From assembly GCF_009914755.1 (NCBI RefSeq), contig NC_060929.1: a DNA stretch of 64,000 nt. One strand, written 5' to 3'. The notes under the pieces were generated by a model. The model made no database searches and was not told the DNA's origin. It saw nothing but the letters and a program-made list of their open reading frames with translations. Positions 39,148 to 52,404 of this stretch are shown piece by piece. Origin of the DNA: the human T2T-CHM13v2.0 reference genome, Homo sapiens. Position 1 is the stretch's first letter. Every line of letters starts with the position of its first letter. The translations under genes were made by a program, and so were the position numbers.

Positions 39148-39892
39148 AAAATTAAAAAAAAAGAAGTTGAAAGTTAAAAGACTACTGAATTTCTTTTGAA
39201 TAGAGAAACATATTTTAACAATGTAATATTGGTTTATTTCATGTGGAGGTAAAATGAGCTCTCAGGATTTTGTTGTTTCTGAATAAATAATTGCAGGTTA
39301 CTGTGCTATACATTCTTCTAGCAATGAACATTTTAAAGAGAACTACATATTTGTTGAGATGACTAAGATCCCATTGACAGAATTGGCACCAATAAAGGGT
39401 TAGAGCCCTGCCATATGTGTCAAATAGATCAAGCTCTTGTAATTTGAGAGCAGGTACTTACACTTAGTCCACACTTAATCTGGGTTTTCTTATCTATAAA
39501 TTGGTTAGAATCTCATCTGATTTTGTAAGTTATAGATATATGTAAAGAGGATTTAGAACAATAACAGAATAGAGTTAACATTAAAAATGTGGCTACTGCT
39601 ATTTCTTTATGACTTTGCTATACTGCCATTTTATAGAATAGCTTTAAAAAATATTATTGAATATAGCATAGCCTAGGAATTTTAAATGAATACAAAATAG
39701 ATTTAAAGGAAAAACAGCATACAATGAAATTTAAAAATAGAAAAATATGTGAATTAACAGTTTTTTATGAACTTTGGTTTATATTGAACATTAAATACTT
39801 TGGATAACTTTGTCATTAGGGAAATGATACCACAATGATATATGAAGACTGCAAAACTAAGTGTCTTCAAGAGACATTAAAAATAGTGAAAG

Positions 39893-40640
39893 ACAATGAG
39901 ATACTATCTCACACCAGTTAGAATGGAGATTATTTTAAAAGTGAGGAAACAGATGCTGGAGAGGCTGTGGAGAAACAGGAACACTTTTACACTGTTGGTG
40001 GAAGTGTAAATTAGTTCAACCATTGTGGAAGACAATGTGGCGATTCCTCAGCACCTAGAATCAGAAATACCATTTGACCCAGCAATCCCATTACTGGGTA
40101 TATACCCAAAGGATTATAAATCATTCTGCTATAAAGACACAAGCACAGGTGTGTTTATTGCAGCACTATTTACAATAGCAAAGACTTGGAACCAACCCAA
40201 ATGCCCATCAATGATAGACTGGATAAAGAAAATGTGGCATATATATACCACAGAATATTATACAGCCATAAAAAAGAATGAGTTCACGTCCTTTGCAGGG
40301 ACATGGATGAAGCTGGAAGCCAGCATTATCAGCAAACTAACACAGGAACAGAAAACCAGACACCGCATGTTCTCACTCAAGAGTGGGAGTTGAACAATGA
40401 GAACACATGGACACAGGGAGGCGTCATGGACACAGGGAGGGGAACATTACACACTGGGGCCTGTCGAGATGTGGGGCACAAGGGAAGGGAGAGCATTAGG
40501 ACAATACCTAATGCATGACAGGTTGATGGCTGCAGCAAACCCACCATGGCACATGTATACCTATGTAACAAATCTGCACATTCTACACATGTATTCCAGA
40601 ACGCAAGTAAAGTTCTTATTTTACTTAAAGTAAAATTTAA
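39893..40640 (+). mobile_element. 5'-truncated L1PA (about L1PA7-8) 3' end
   Basis: ORF 40025-40393 (EIPFDPAIPLLGIYPKDYKSFCYKDT...) is the L1 ORF2 C-terminus; TSD aaaaatagtgaaaga on both sides. Confidence 0.95.
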
Positions 40641-41138
40641 AAAATAGTGAAAGAAAAATATAACCTTAGTACTGATGAACAAAAAAATTGAGTTTTTAAA
40701 ATTTTTATGCATTAGAAAGTTAAACAGAAAATTTACAAACTATTTAACTGAGCTGAATGGTCTTGTTTTTAAAGATATAATAGGTAACTTAAGTGTAACA
40801 GATGTGGAACAAAAAGAGAGACAAACACAAAACGTCATATACAGCCAGGTTAAAATTAAAACAATGTCTTAATTGGTCCTCAGTATCTTCGTGGTGTCAT
40901 TATTATAGCACTGTAAAAAAGCTGGTGAAAATGATATTGCCATCTTTTTCTTACAATGGAAACCTGATCAGAACAATGTAATTTCTAGCTTTTGTAGTTA
41001 GCTCTTAATATGCTTGATAAATAGCATTCTCATCAAAAAAGTACTATTGTTACAAAAAAATGACAAGGAACATCACCTATTATCAACTTAGGTCTAATAG
41101 AGTTTAGGTTGCTCTCTAGGAGTCAAAATAGAAAAATC

Positions 41139-41569
<431 letters not shown>

Positions 41570-42017
41570 CTAACTACAAGAAGAAAATGCACTAATCCAT
41601 GGAAGGAAGCAAGCAATCTGCCAGGCAATCAAATGTTTAATGTTAATACATAAACAGGCAATGCTTTTACATAGGCCAGTTGGATCTATTATCATCTGTT
41701 TATCTTTCACACCAATCTCTCCATCATCATTGACGGAGCATCTATTCTAATGAATAGCTCTCTTTCCAACCAATCACTCACCCATACTTCCATTTATTCA
41801 TTCATACATTTATGATACCCATCTATGAGCCAAAGTTGGAAACAATCATGTTCTGTGCTAATAATTGATTAATGACTGTGCAGTAGTTAACTCGCTAAAG
41901 TGAGTAATACTTTGAGCACTTTCTTGGTAATAAATGGAATGGTGGTACCTCAGCAAAAGTACAAAAAACTCGACCTGATATTTTAAAATGAAACAACAGC
42001 TTGAAAGTTGGCCATAG

Positions 42018-42479
42018 TGAAACTGACTCAATATTATCATAGACAGTCTGGTTTTTTTTTTGTTTTTTTTTTTTTTTTTGGATAAACATAGAATTTGACC
42101 CTTCTGGTATTAAAGGTTGAAACATTTGTTTTGTCTGAGTTTCTTTCTCAGGAAAGGACCTCTAGGCCTCTCAAAAAGTATCAAAGAACTGAAACTCAAG
42201 AGATCAGTGCATCCAGTCAAAGAAATGCCAGCCTCCTCATTCATCATGATTGCTTCCTAGCCCCTCCTTAGTTCCTGTTTTCTTTGACATTGTTACATTT
42301 CTTTCCTGCTATGTAAACACCTAGATTTCGTAGGTCAGGGAAATGAATTTGAGATTAAGCCCTTAAAATGCAGCACCAGATTAAAGCCTTCTTCACTGGC
42401 AATACTTGCCATTTCAGTCATTGGCTTTCTATATAATGAGCATCAGGACCTAGACCAAACCTCTGATATTTCAAAAACA
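42018..42479 (+). mobile_element. LTR47-like solo LTR
   Basis: tgaaactgactcaatattatcatagacag...ggataaacatagaatttgacccttctgg...cagattaaagccttcttc; near-TSD ATAG/ATAC. Confidence 0.82.
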
Positions 42480-42505
42480 ATACTGTTTACAAAAAAATGT
42501 TCTCT

Positions 42506-43130
42506 GGGTTCTACACAATGGCTTATGTCTGTAATCCTAGCACTTTAGGTGGTTCAGGTGGGAATATTACTTGAGACCAGGAGTTTGGGCCAATCTGGGC
42601 AACATAGCAAAATTTTGTCTTTATAAACTATTAAAAAAAATAGCCAGTCATGGTGGTGCATGCCTGTACTTACAGCTATTTGGGAGGCTGAGTTGGGAGA
42701 ATCACTTGAGTCCGGGAGTTTGAGGTTACGATGAGCTGTGATTATGACACCACTCTCCTCTTGGATGACAGTGCAAAATCTTTTTTTGTGGTTGTTGTTG
42801 TTTTTGATGGAGTTTCGCTCTTGTTGCCCAGGCTGGAGTGCAATGGCGTGATCTAGGCTCACCGCAACTTTCGCCTCCCGGGTTCAAGTGATTCTTCTTC
42901 CTCAGCCTCCCGAGTAGCTGGGATTACAGGCACGTGCCACCATGCCCGGCTAATTTTGTATTTTTAGTAGAGATGGGGTTTCTCCATGTTGGTCAGGCTG
43001 GTCTTAAACTCCCCACCTCAGTTGATCCACCTGCCTCGGCCTCCCAAAGTGCTGGAATTACAAGCGTGATCACCGCGCCCAGCCGCAAGATCTTGTCTCT
43101 AAAAAACAATAAATAAATAAATAAATAACA
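42506..43130 (+). mobile_element. AluJ interrupted near its 3' end by an antisense AluSp/Sq
   Basis: Sense AluJ runs to gtgcaaaatc and resumes gcaagatcttgtctct with an (AATA)n tail. Confidence 0.88.
42781..43084 (-). mobile_element. AluSp/Sq SINE
   Basis: gagtttcgctcttgttgcccaggctggagtgcaatggcg...ctccatgttggtcagg; near-TSD gcaaaatctt / gcaagatctt. Confidence 0.94.
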
Positions 43131-43204
43131 AAAGTGTTATCCAGATCTCTCTGTAATTTGAAATAGAACTTTGTACTGTGGCCACATAAAAGTTTTGCAC
43201 AGGT

Positions 43205-45360
43205 TCCAGTTCAGGATAGCTAAGTAGAAGCAGCTAGTGAGTGCCCTTCTCATGGAGAGGAGTTAACACTGTGAGTACACACTAACACCTCAAAAAGATC
43301 CTCTCAGAGTGGATCCTAAAATTCACTAGAGAAACAGGAAGCACAGAACAAAGAAGAGCAAAGCTGGGCAGGCTGCCAAGCTGAGACCGATGTGAGCCAG
43401 GTGAGGTTTTTTAACACGGGTATGGGATGAGCATGTAATAGACCCTGAAAATTCCACACCTCTGACATGAACCTTTACAATGCTAGTCATAGGAGAGCCC
43501 CTTGACTTCCCTGAGCCTACAGACTACCACAGAGAGCTGCCAGGAGTCTAAGCAGAGGCACTGCTCAAGCCCATGTGGAATCCAACAGGCTTTTGATCCC
43601 CAAACAGCCTGGTGCCAGCTGCTGCTGCCCAGCCAAGAAGCAAGGCTGGACATTTTCACGCTTCCGGAGGACAGAAACTCTAGCTGCCGTACAACAGAGT
43701 GAGCAGACAACGCAACATGTGAATCCCCGCCTCTGCCGCATTCCACCAGATGGGACTTTCCCACATTGGAGACCAGCCCCTGGTGCACCTGCCCTGCCCC
43801 TGCCTAAATACTGCAACCACAGCTCAACTCCCAGAGGCTGCCAACTCCCAAAAGCGTTGATAGGCCCTCTGCAGCCACCACCACCACCACATTTGCTCCA
43901 GCACTCTTGGTCCAGGGAAGAAACTGAGAGGTGGGGAAATTTCAGGTGCCCCCAAGGCAGACACCATAGTCCAGTGCAGAGGAGTGAACAGAATGCACAC
44001 TGTCCACAATCTTTTCGATGGCTCCCCACCAGGCATGGTTTGCCTGCTCCAGTGACAAGCCCTGGCATAGTGCAGCTGCCCTAACCCCTCCTGAACACTG
44101 CAGCAGTGGCTCAGTGTTCCTCAGAGAGCCCAACTCACAGAAGTTGCTTTTAGGCCCTTTCTAGTCGCCACCACTGCTGCTTCAACCCCTGCCACACACA
44201 GGCCAGAGAGAAAATGAGGAGGTAGGACAATGTTGCATACCCCTAAGACAGAACCTGCAACCACAGTGTAAAGAAGCAAACCGACTGTGCACTGCGTGAC
44301 CCCTTGCCTCTATGGCTCCTTGCCAAGTGGGGCTTGCCTGCTTTGCTAATAGGCCTCTGGCACACTTCCCCTGTCCCTGCCTAAACACTGCAGCCACAGC
44401 TCAATTGTTAGAGGCCACCAACTCACAGAGGCTACCAATAGGCCTTCCAAATCCTCTTTCACTGCCGTCTCCCTGCCCCTGCAGCCCATGGGCCAGGGAG
44501 CGGACAGAGAGCCTTCATGTTCCCCTAACAGCAAAACCCAGCATTGCTTCTGTGAGAGAGAGGTGTGAGCATACCATGCGTCCCACAGGTGCCAGTCCAC
44601 ATAGCCCCATTGGAGGGGCCTGTCCTCCCCATTAGAAGGCCCACAGCATAACTGCTCTGTTTCTTCCTGACCATTTCAGCTGTGGCCCAGGCCCTGCAGC
44701 CCTGTGATCTGCCCTTGGGCTCCCCGTTGCCTGAGTGTTCTGTCTGCCCCTACCTGAGAGTTCTGCCAGTGACCAGGATACAAGCTCGACCTTCCCTATT
44801 ATGGCCAGCACATAAAATCTGGGCTGACACGACCTAGTCCTGCCATTTCTGGACTTGGACACACCATCCAGCAGGCTACCTAGTGGCCTGGAAATTGGGG
44901 AATTATCTAGCCCAGTCCACTACTACTTGGGAGCCAGAGGTTGGGCTGACCCAACCAGCCACCACCACCACAACCAATACCTATCTGCTCAGGCTGAAAA
45001 GTGGAGCCCTTCCCTCTTACTACAGGAAGCAGCAGCATTCCCAAACAAAGAACAGATGACTCAGAAAGCGATATGTACTGGGCTGAGTGAAAAGTTTCTG
45101 CCTCTAAAACCTCCTTCTAAGAAGTGCTGTACAGGAATTTTCTGTGGCTCTCAGCCTCACTGCAGCCTTGAGATAGACAACTGTGTGTGTCTGAACAAAG
45201 TGATGAACACTGAGACAGGGGTGTGATCTGGAAACAGATTTGTGTTCCTGCCTATCTATGATATGGGGCCAGTGCTGCACCCTCACCCCCAGCAAAGACC
45301 TTGGCACATCTCACCAGGAGCTCCCCAGCCACTCCAGGCAAGGCTGGCACCTGTGCATGT
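43205..45360 (+). mobile_element. L1 5' UTR (L1PB/L1M-type), GC-rich, with ~289-bp internal monomers
   Basis: Start caggatagctaagtagaagcagctagtgagtgcccttctcatggagagg resembles L1PB/L1M 5' ends; related blocks at about 43790, 44080 and 44368. Confidence 0.75.
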
Positions 45361-45484
45361 CATAAGAGAAAAATTCAATGACAAGTATTCTTTCTGGGAC
45401 ACAGAGAAAAGTTCTGACCTTGTGCCGGCAGTTGTATTTATATTATTTCATTTATTCTTCACAGTTTTGCAACGTGGTCAATTT

Positions 45485-46051
45485 CATTTATTATATATTA
45501 ATTTCCCAGCATTACTGAAGTATAATTAACAAATAAAAATTGTGTATATAGAAGGTGCAACGTGGTGATTTTTTATATGTATACATTGTAAAATGATTAC
45601 CACAATCAAGCTAATTATCATACCCAACACCTCACATAGTTAGTTATCTATCACATAGTTATCTCTATGTTTGGTAAGAACACAATATCTACTCTCTTAG
45701 CAAATTTCAAGTGTTCACTACAGTACTATTAATTATGATTGCCATGCTATCTATTTACCTTTAGAATTTAATCAACTTATAACTAAAACTTTGTGTCCTT
45801 TGATCAACATTACCCCCTTACTCTCACTCTCCAGCTCCTGGCAATGATCAATCTACTCTCTGTTACTGTGAGTTCAAGTTTTTTATGTAAACTTTTTAAT
45901 ACAAACTTTGAAAATAAGGTTCCACATATAAGTAATATCATGCAATATTTGTCTTTCTATGCCTGGCTGATTTTACTTGGGATAATGTCCTCCAGGTTCA
46001 TCCATGTTGTTGTGAGATTTCATTCTTTATTAAGGCTGAATAGTATTTCTT

Positions 46052-46107
<56 letters not shown>

Positions 46108-46270
46108 TGCATATATACACATATATATGTATGTATGTATATTACATTTCTTTTATCTATTAATCTGTCTGTGGAGATTTAGGTTGTTTCCTTCTTTTGG
46201 TTATCGTGACTAATGCAGCAATGAACATGGGAGTGCTGCTATTTTTCTGATATAGTGGTTTCGTTTTTTT
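45485..46270 (-). mobile_element. L1MA-type 3' end
   Basis: atgattaccacaatcaagctaatta...atctactctcttagcaaatttcaagt...tcctccaggttcatccatgttg. Confidence 0.9.
46052..46141. repeat. Compound (TG)n(TA)n(CA)n microsatellite
   Basis: Visible dinucleotide runs. Confidence 0.93.
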
Positions 46271-46660
46271 TAAGTAGCATGATTATTATCGTTCTACCAT
46301 GTCCCCTCTCTGAGTTTTCTCGGGCTCAATATATCAGTTAGACTTACGGGACTTAAGTAGGCTGTACTTGGTGCTGGCTTCACTTGGAAGGACACAAAAC
46401 AGGAAAGGAAACATAGCAGTGGATAACTTGAGACATCTTTCAGCAGCAAGAGTTGTCATAGGAGACACAGCAGTCCAGGTTTTTTATTTTTCTTTTTGGT
46501 ATGTACATGGGACAATCTAGATGCAAGGAAAGGAGATCACAAAGAGAGGGGCATCACTGGCTCAGAAGCCCCAGGTCTCAAATAGGAATCAATATCTCTT
46601 ACAATGGTCCCATAGGGAAAGCTTCTAGTATTCCAATGAAGTTCACACAAGGTTACAAGG

Positions 46661-46773
46661 TCCAGTGCTCCCAGGACAGCCCCAAAGCTCCACTGCTCTC
46701 AGGACAGCCTCAAAGCTCCACTGCTCTCAGGACAGCCTCAAAGCTCCACTGCTCTCAGGACAGCCCCAAAGCT
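46661..46773. repeat. 28-bp minisatellite, about 4 copies
   Basis: Unit gctctcaggacagcc(t/c)caaagctccact starting at 46667, 46695, 46723 and 46751. Confidence 0.95.
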
Positions 46774-46829
46774 ATGGCTTCCCAATATCGTGGCTTCTTC
46801 ACTGCCATAGTTCAGTGAACAGGAGGGAT

Positions 46830-47388
46830 TGTTACAGCCCTTTCACTCTCACAGTTCAGCAACTTCCAAATTCTTGCCTCACAACCAAGAGGAATAAGGT
46901 AGGCAGACACTGGAGAGTGAGTAAGGCAGAGTAGAATTTTATTGAGCAACAAAAAGAAAGCTATCAGCAGCGAGAGGGGACCCGAAAGTGGGTTGCCAGC
47001 ATGTTGCCAGCTGCCAGACTGAACCTGGGGTTTTTATGGGCTTAGATTGGGGAAATGCATGCTGACTGGTGTATGGGTGGGCTTGAAAAAAAGCACCATT
47101 CAGAAAGAGGTGCAATAGTGTAAAGAACCAATCAGTGGCTGAAGGGAAGACCTTGGCCCAGGATCAGTCAGGGGCTGGAGTGGAGGCTTGGGCTGGGACC
47201 TCAGCCCAGGATCAATCAGGGGCTGAGCACACTGAATGGGAATGGAAGTTCTCACTTGCATCTGTGGACTTCATTCAGAACTGGTAGTTTGGTGTTCAGG
47301 CTTCAGATGGTCCTTAGCTTGAACTTTAAGCTTCAGCAGGGACCTGTCACTGTCTGCCTAGGAATTTGCCTGCCTCCTATAGCTATCA
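46830..47388 (-). mobile_element. MER51/LTR27/MER61-group ERV1 solo LTR
   Basis: tgttac...aattttattgagc...ccaatcagtggctgaag...ctaggaatttgcctgcctcctatagctatca. Confidence 0.8.
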
Positions 47389-47579
47389 CCAATAATTATT
47401 GCAGTCCATTCATAGCTTTCCTGTCCAGATGTTGTTGAATTATTTGGGATGATGTTTATTGTAAGCAATGCTGCCTAATCACACAGCTACCATCCCATCC
47501 TTATATGAGAAACAGAAATAGGATCTCATTTGTCCATAGAGTACGGAAAAGAATGTACTTTCTCTGTACTCAACATTCC

Positions 47580-47690
47580 ATATGGCAATGAGGAAGTCGA
47601 TGGTCAAGGGAAACAATGAATTTCCCCAAGGTCAAACAACTGTCATGTGACAGAGTGGGATTTAATTCTTTGTCTGTCAGAACCCTGACC
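47580..47690 (-). mobile_element. MIR fragment
   Basis: atgaggaagtcgatggtc...tttccccaaggtcaaacaactg...gacagagtgggattt. Confidence 0.55.
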
Positions 47691-48122
47691 TCTGTCGAGA
47701 TTCACACAACACTTATGAGTTTTACACTGTGCCTGTCACCTCTTCCCTCACCAGTGGAGGGCATGATTTAAAATTATATCACTTTACATTGGGCCTGAAT
47801 GCTGTATCAATCACAGCAGATTAAAAATCTTCTTTAATTTATAAATAGTAGTCCTACCTTTTCCTTATGAGCCTAGTCAAATAATATTGAAGAAACCCAC
47901 CTTCCATGGAATGTCAATATTTGACCCAGCATTATCCACTTCAAGAAATTTGCCTTAAGGAATGAATCAAATTAAAGCATGAAAATTATTTTTAAAAATA
48001 GAAAAATTAGAAAAGACTGATGATCTAGAAGATTATATATACAAAGAATAACTTTAAAATAAGAATACAATATATAGTTGTTTATACAGTAACCTTAAAA
48101 CCTTATGACATAAGTTATTCTC

Positions 48123-48272
48123 TGTGAAAATGTGTATATCACCCAAAAGGAAATAAATGCTAGAGACAAATTCCAAATACCTTATAAATAAAAACTTTTG
48201 TGAAAATGTATATATCTCCCAAAATGAAATAAATGCTAAAGACAAATTCCAAATATCTTGTAAATAAAAACT
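48123..48272. repeat. Tandem duplication, period 76 bp
   Basis: tgtgaaaatgt(g/a)tatatc...aaataaatgcta(g/a)agacaaattccaaata...aaataaaaact twice, with a few substitutions. Confidence 0.92.
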
Positions 48273-48449
48273 AACTAAGACCAAACATACTACAAGTAGA
48301 AAGGAACAATAATATATTTGTAGCCTAAGGTTAAGAAAGCTTTCCAAACAGACAAAAGTGAAAAATTTATGAAGAATAATATTGATGTGTTTATCTAGAT
48401 CAAAATAAGAATAAAAGCCAAAGGCCAACTACAAGAAAAAAAAAACCCA

Positions 48450-48900
48450 AATGACTAATTAATGTGAGAAATGATGTTCTCATCAGTAATATTATATAAA
48501 TAACAATTTATAAAAACAAATCATGTTGCCAACAATTAGATGGGCAACATTTTAACATTCTGATTACAGTATACATTCAAAGAATTAGAAAACAAGCAGT
48601 CATTTACTGCTGATAGAGTATAATCTTATGGCCAAATTGAAAGGCAATTTGGCAGTAATATCAAAATAAAATAAATAAATTAGTCCTTTAGGACCACATC
48701 AAAGAATGTGCAAAATGAAATTGAATTGTTTCCAACAATTACTATAATTAAATGGAAAAAATTTAAATGCACGTCAGTAAGGAACTTGCTAATTAAAGTT
48801 AGGTCAACCTATATTTGTAAATATCATACAATAGTTAGGAGAAAATTTAACCTATATGTACTGAAATACAATATTCTTAAGATGAAAAATTAGTTTAAAA
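48450..48900 (+). mobile_element. Degraded L1ME 3' remnant
   Basis: catttactgctgatagagtataatc...gaaaggcaatttggcagtaatatcaaaat. Confidence 0.5.
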
Positions 48901-50890
48901 GAACACTTAGAGGAATACTGCAGTTAAATAAAGGCAAAAGAATGACATGATGCTATGAAACAGTCCTTTAAACAAAAAGCAAAAACTAAATTCTCAGAGG
49001 TGGAAGAGCCTATAAAATATTTCATATATTTAACCATCTAAAATACTGACTGCAGAAGGCCTTACATTTTAAATGAATTGACAGTGACTAAAATGAACAA
49101 ACAAAAAGCCCTATTTAAAATAGAAGCCTAAATATAATGTATTTACATGTACACACATATCAATATCCTGTAATTATGATATAAAAATACTGAAATACAT
49201 GTATACAGACCACAAAAATTGTATTACTAATCTGTACCTAAAATTCTAGATTTTATGAAATTAAGGATCAGGTTAGAATAAGAGAATAAATTTCTTGCCA
49301 TTTATATAATGAAAAGATATTGCTAAAAACTTAAAATATAACTTGGAAAATAAATATATATCTTCTACGAAGGAGCAAAGGAAATATTTTTAAAGACAAA
49401 ACAGAAAATGAAATGTTATTCTATAAGTAACAAGAATAAAGAAAATTGTCTGCCACACCTGTACTACTTTTCTGCCTCAATAATGAAATTCGAATATTTT
49501 CTTTTTAAATATATATTTAATATTTGTATTATTTTTAATGTTTGGTAAGTTTGGATGGGATATTTTTATTATTTGAATGTTTGAATATTTTTATTATTTG
49601 GATATTAATCTTATAATGGATCTATCAATTTTATATGCTCAAATTTACATTCATATAATGCTTCCCATATTTTTTCCAATGAGAAACTCTTTTAATACAA
49701 TGAACCGAGGACATCATTAAAAAACTCAGTTTTGCTATTATATTAAATGGTGTCTACTAAATATTAAAAATTGTTTAATGGTTTGAAAATATTTTTCTTC
49801 ATATCTATATCCCCAAAATAAATAATCATTCCAATTTTTAATTACTTTTTTAAAACAAAATTTTTATTATAACATAAGTGTATTCAATTTCAAGCAAGTA
49901 ATGCAACATTTTTATGACATAAATCATATAATATAGCATCATGCACTCTACAAATAACTGATTATCTGTTGTGCAACAATACAAAGTTAATATGCATCAG
50001 CATTCTCAAAGATACAGATGGACTATTCAAGAAATTACACATTTGTTTTTAATTTAAAAATAGAAAAAAATACCATTGGTATAACTTTAACAAACTTGAG
50101 ATCATAAAAAAGAGAAGAGAATTATTTAGAAAAATATGAGAAAATATATTGAGGCAATTATTTTAAATACACTAGAAACAAATACATTTATAGACTGATG
50201 AGATCAGTCTTTAAAGGTATCTATATTACTTTGGTAACAAACATGACATGAAATATAAATTTTATATACATTCTATAGATGCATTTTAGCAAATTAATTC
50301 CATATACAAAAAATATATAAAATACTATACACTAGCAAAAATTTTAAAGAAGGCTCTATATTTAAATACATGCAGCTAATTCTATTATATCTCAACCAGA
50401 TGTAACAACCTATAGTCATGTCAAATGGCAACAATAACTATACTTTAGAAACATAAGAGATATGTATGATATGATAAGAATGTGGAATATAAAATTATCT
50501 TTCCTTTGATAATAAAAATATTTACATAAAAGACTATTATATAATATTTAACTGTGAAATAATGTTTTGAAAGGCTTTTTGTTTTTTCTTAAGAGTTATC
50601 TCACATTATTTTTAATATAGATAAAATATTTGACTACTGAATGGTGACTTTCATAGATGATTAATATCAATTCTTTTTGGTAAATTAAAGAACAATATTT
50701 TAGTAAACTTATCTCTAATAGATAATAAAATTATAACATTTTAATAAGCACTGTATATGATTTATGCATAATTAAAGGACAGAGATGTTAATAAAAATTA
50801 TTAGTGAAAATACTTGTACAAAGACTAAAAGATATTGAGAAGGGAATTTGATGATGTTTCAATAAAAATAGAACTTTAAATTACTTTAAA

Positions 50891-50970
50891 TTGCCAGCTG
50901 CCAGACTGAGCCTGGGGTTTTTATGGGCTTAGATTGGGGAAATGCATGCTGACTGGTGTATGGGGGGGCT
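50891..50970. repeat. 80-bp dispersed copy of 47004-47083 (LTR fragment)
   Basis: ttgccagctgccagactga(g/a)cctggggtttttatgggcttagattggggaaatgcatgctgactggtgtatggg(g/t)gggct; 2 mismatches. Confidence 0.95.
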
Positions 50971-51149
50971 GTTTTCTTTGATTACATATCAAAAGGGGAT
51001 ATGTAATCATTTAGTTTTTATATTTTTTGCATTAAATTAGAATTCAAACACAAATAAACCTAACATTTGACTGTAATTCTACTCAGGTGCTCTAAAAGTG
51101 AAAACATATAAAAACATGTCTTATGCACATAGAAGATTGATTCTAAAGT

Positions 51150-52360
51150 ATATGCAGAAAGCTGAAACTGGACCCCTTCCTTACACCTTATACAAAAATT
51201 AACGAAAGATGGATTAAAGACTTAAACGTAAGACCTAAAACCATAAAAACCCTAGAAGAAAACCTAGGCAATACCATTCAGGACAAAAGCATGGACAAAG
51301 ACTTCATGACTAAAACACCAAAAGCAATGGCAACAAAAGCCAAAACTGACAAATAGGATCTAATTAAACTAAAGAGCCTCTACACAGCAAAAGAAGACTA
51401 TCAGAGTGAACAGGCAAACTACAGAATGGGAGAAAATTTTTGCAATCTATCCATCTGACAAAGGGCTAATATCCAGAATCCACAAAGAACTTAAACAAAT
51501 TACCAGAAAAAATAAACAACCCCATTAAAAAGTGGACAAAAGATATGAATAGACACTTCTCAAAAGAAGATATTTATGCCGCTAACAAACATGAAAAAAT
51601 GCTCATCATCACTGGTCATTAGAGAAATGCAAATCAAAACCACAGTGAGATACCATCTCACGCTGGTTAGAATGGCCATCAGTAAGAAGTCAGGAAACAA
51701 CAGATGCTGGAGAATAGGTGGAGAAATAGGAATGCTTCTACACTGTTGATGGGAGTGTAAATTAGTTCAACCATTGTGGAAGACAGTGTGGTGATTCCTC
51801 AAGGATCTAGAACCAGAAATACCATTTGACCCAGGAATCCCATTACTGGATATATACCCAAAGGATTATAAATCATTCTACTATAAAGACACATGCACAC
51901 GTATGTTTACTGCAGCACTGTTCACAATAGCAAAGACTTGGAACCAACCCAAATGTCCACCAATGATAGAATGGATAAAGAAAATGTGGCACATATACAC
52001 CATGTAATACCATGCAGTCATAAAAAAGGATGAGTTCATGTCCCTTGCAGGGACATGGATGAAGCTGGAAACCATCATTATCAGCAAACTAACACAAGAA
52101 CAGAAAACCAAACACTGTATGTTCTCACTCACAGTTGGGAGTTGAACAATAAGAACACATGGACACAGGGAGGGGAATATCACACACCGGGACCTGTTGG
52201 GGGTTGGGGGGCCTAGGGGAAGGATAACATTAGGAGAAATACCTAATGTAGATGATGGGTTGATGGGTGCAGCAAACCATCATGGCACGTGTATACCCAT
52301 GTAACAAACCTGCATGTTCTGCACATGTATCCTAGATCTTAAGGTAAAATTTTTTTTAAA
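51150..52360 (+). mobile_element. 5'-truncated L1PA (about L1PA7-8), ORF2 3' part and 3' UTR
   Basis: gcagaaagctgaaactggaccccttccttacacc...ggagaaatacctaatgtagatgatggg...; probable TSD aaagtatat. Confidence 0.96.
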
Positions 52361-52404
52361 AAGTATATAAAGGAAAACAAAAAAAGGCAAATTATGCACA
52401 AAAA

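Noticed and set aside
40025-40393. 122-aa ORF as a host gene
   Set aside because: It is the L1 ORF2 C-terminus inside a 5'-truncated L1PA with TSDs
43483-45529. Cluster of long overlapping ORFs (up to 169 aa) on both strands
   Set aside because: GC-rich L1 5' UTR-like sequence lacks stop codons by composition; no recognisable protein or splice structure
46661-46773. 28-bp repeats as a CRISPR-like array
   Set aside because: Head-to-tail units with no unique spacers, in a primate genome with no cas genes
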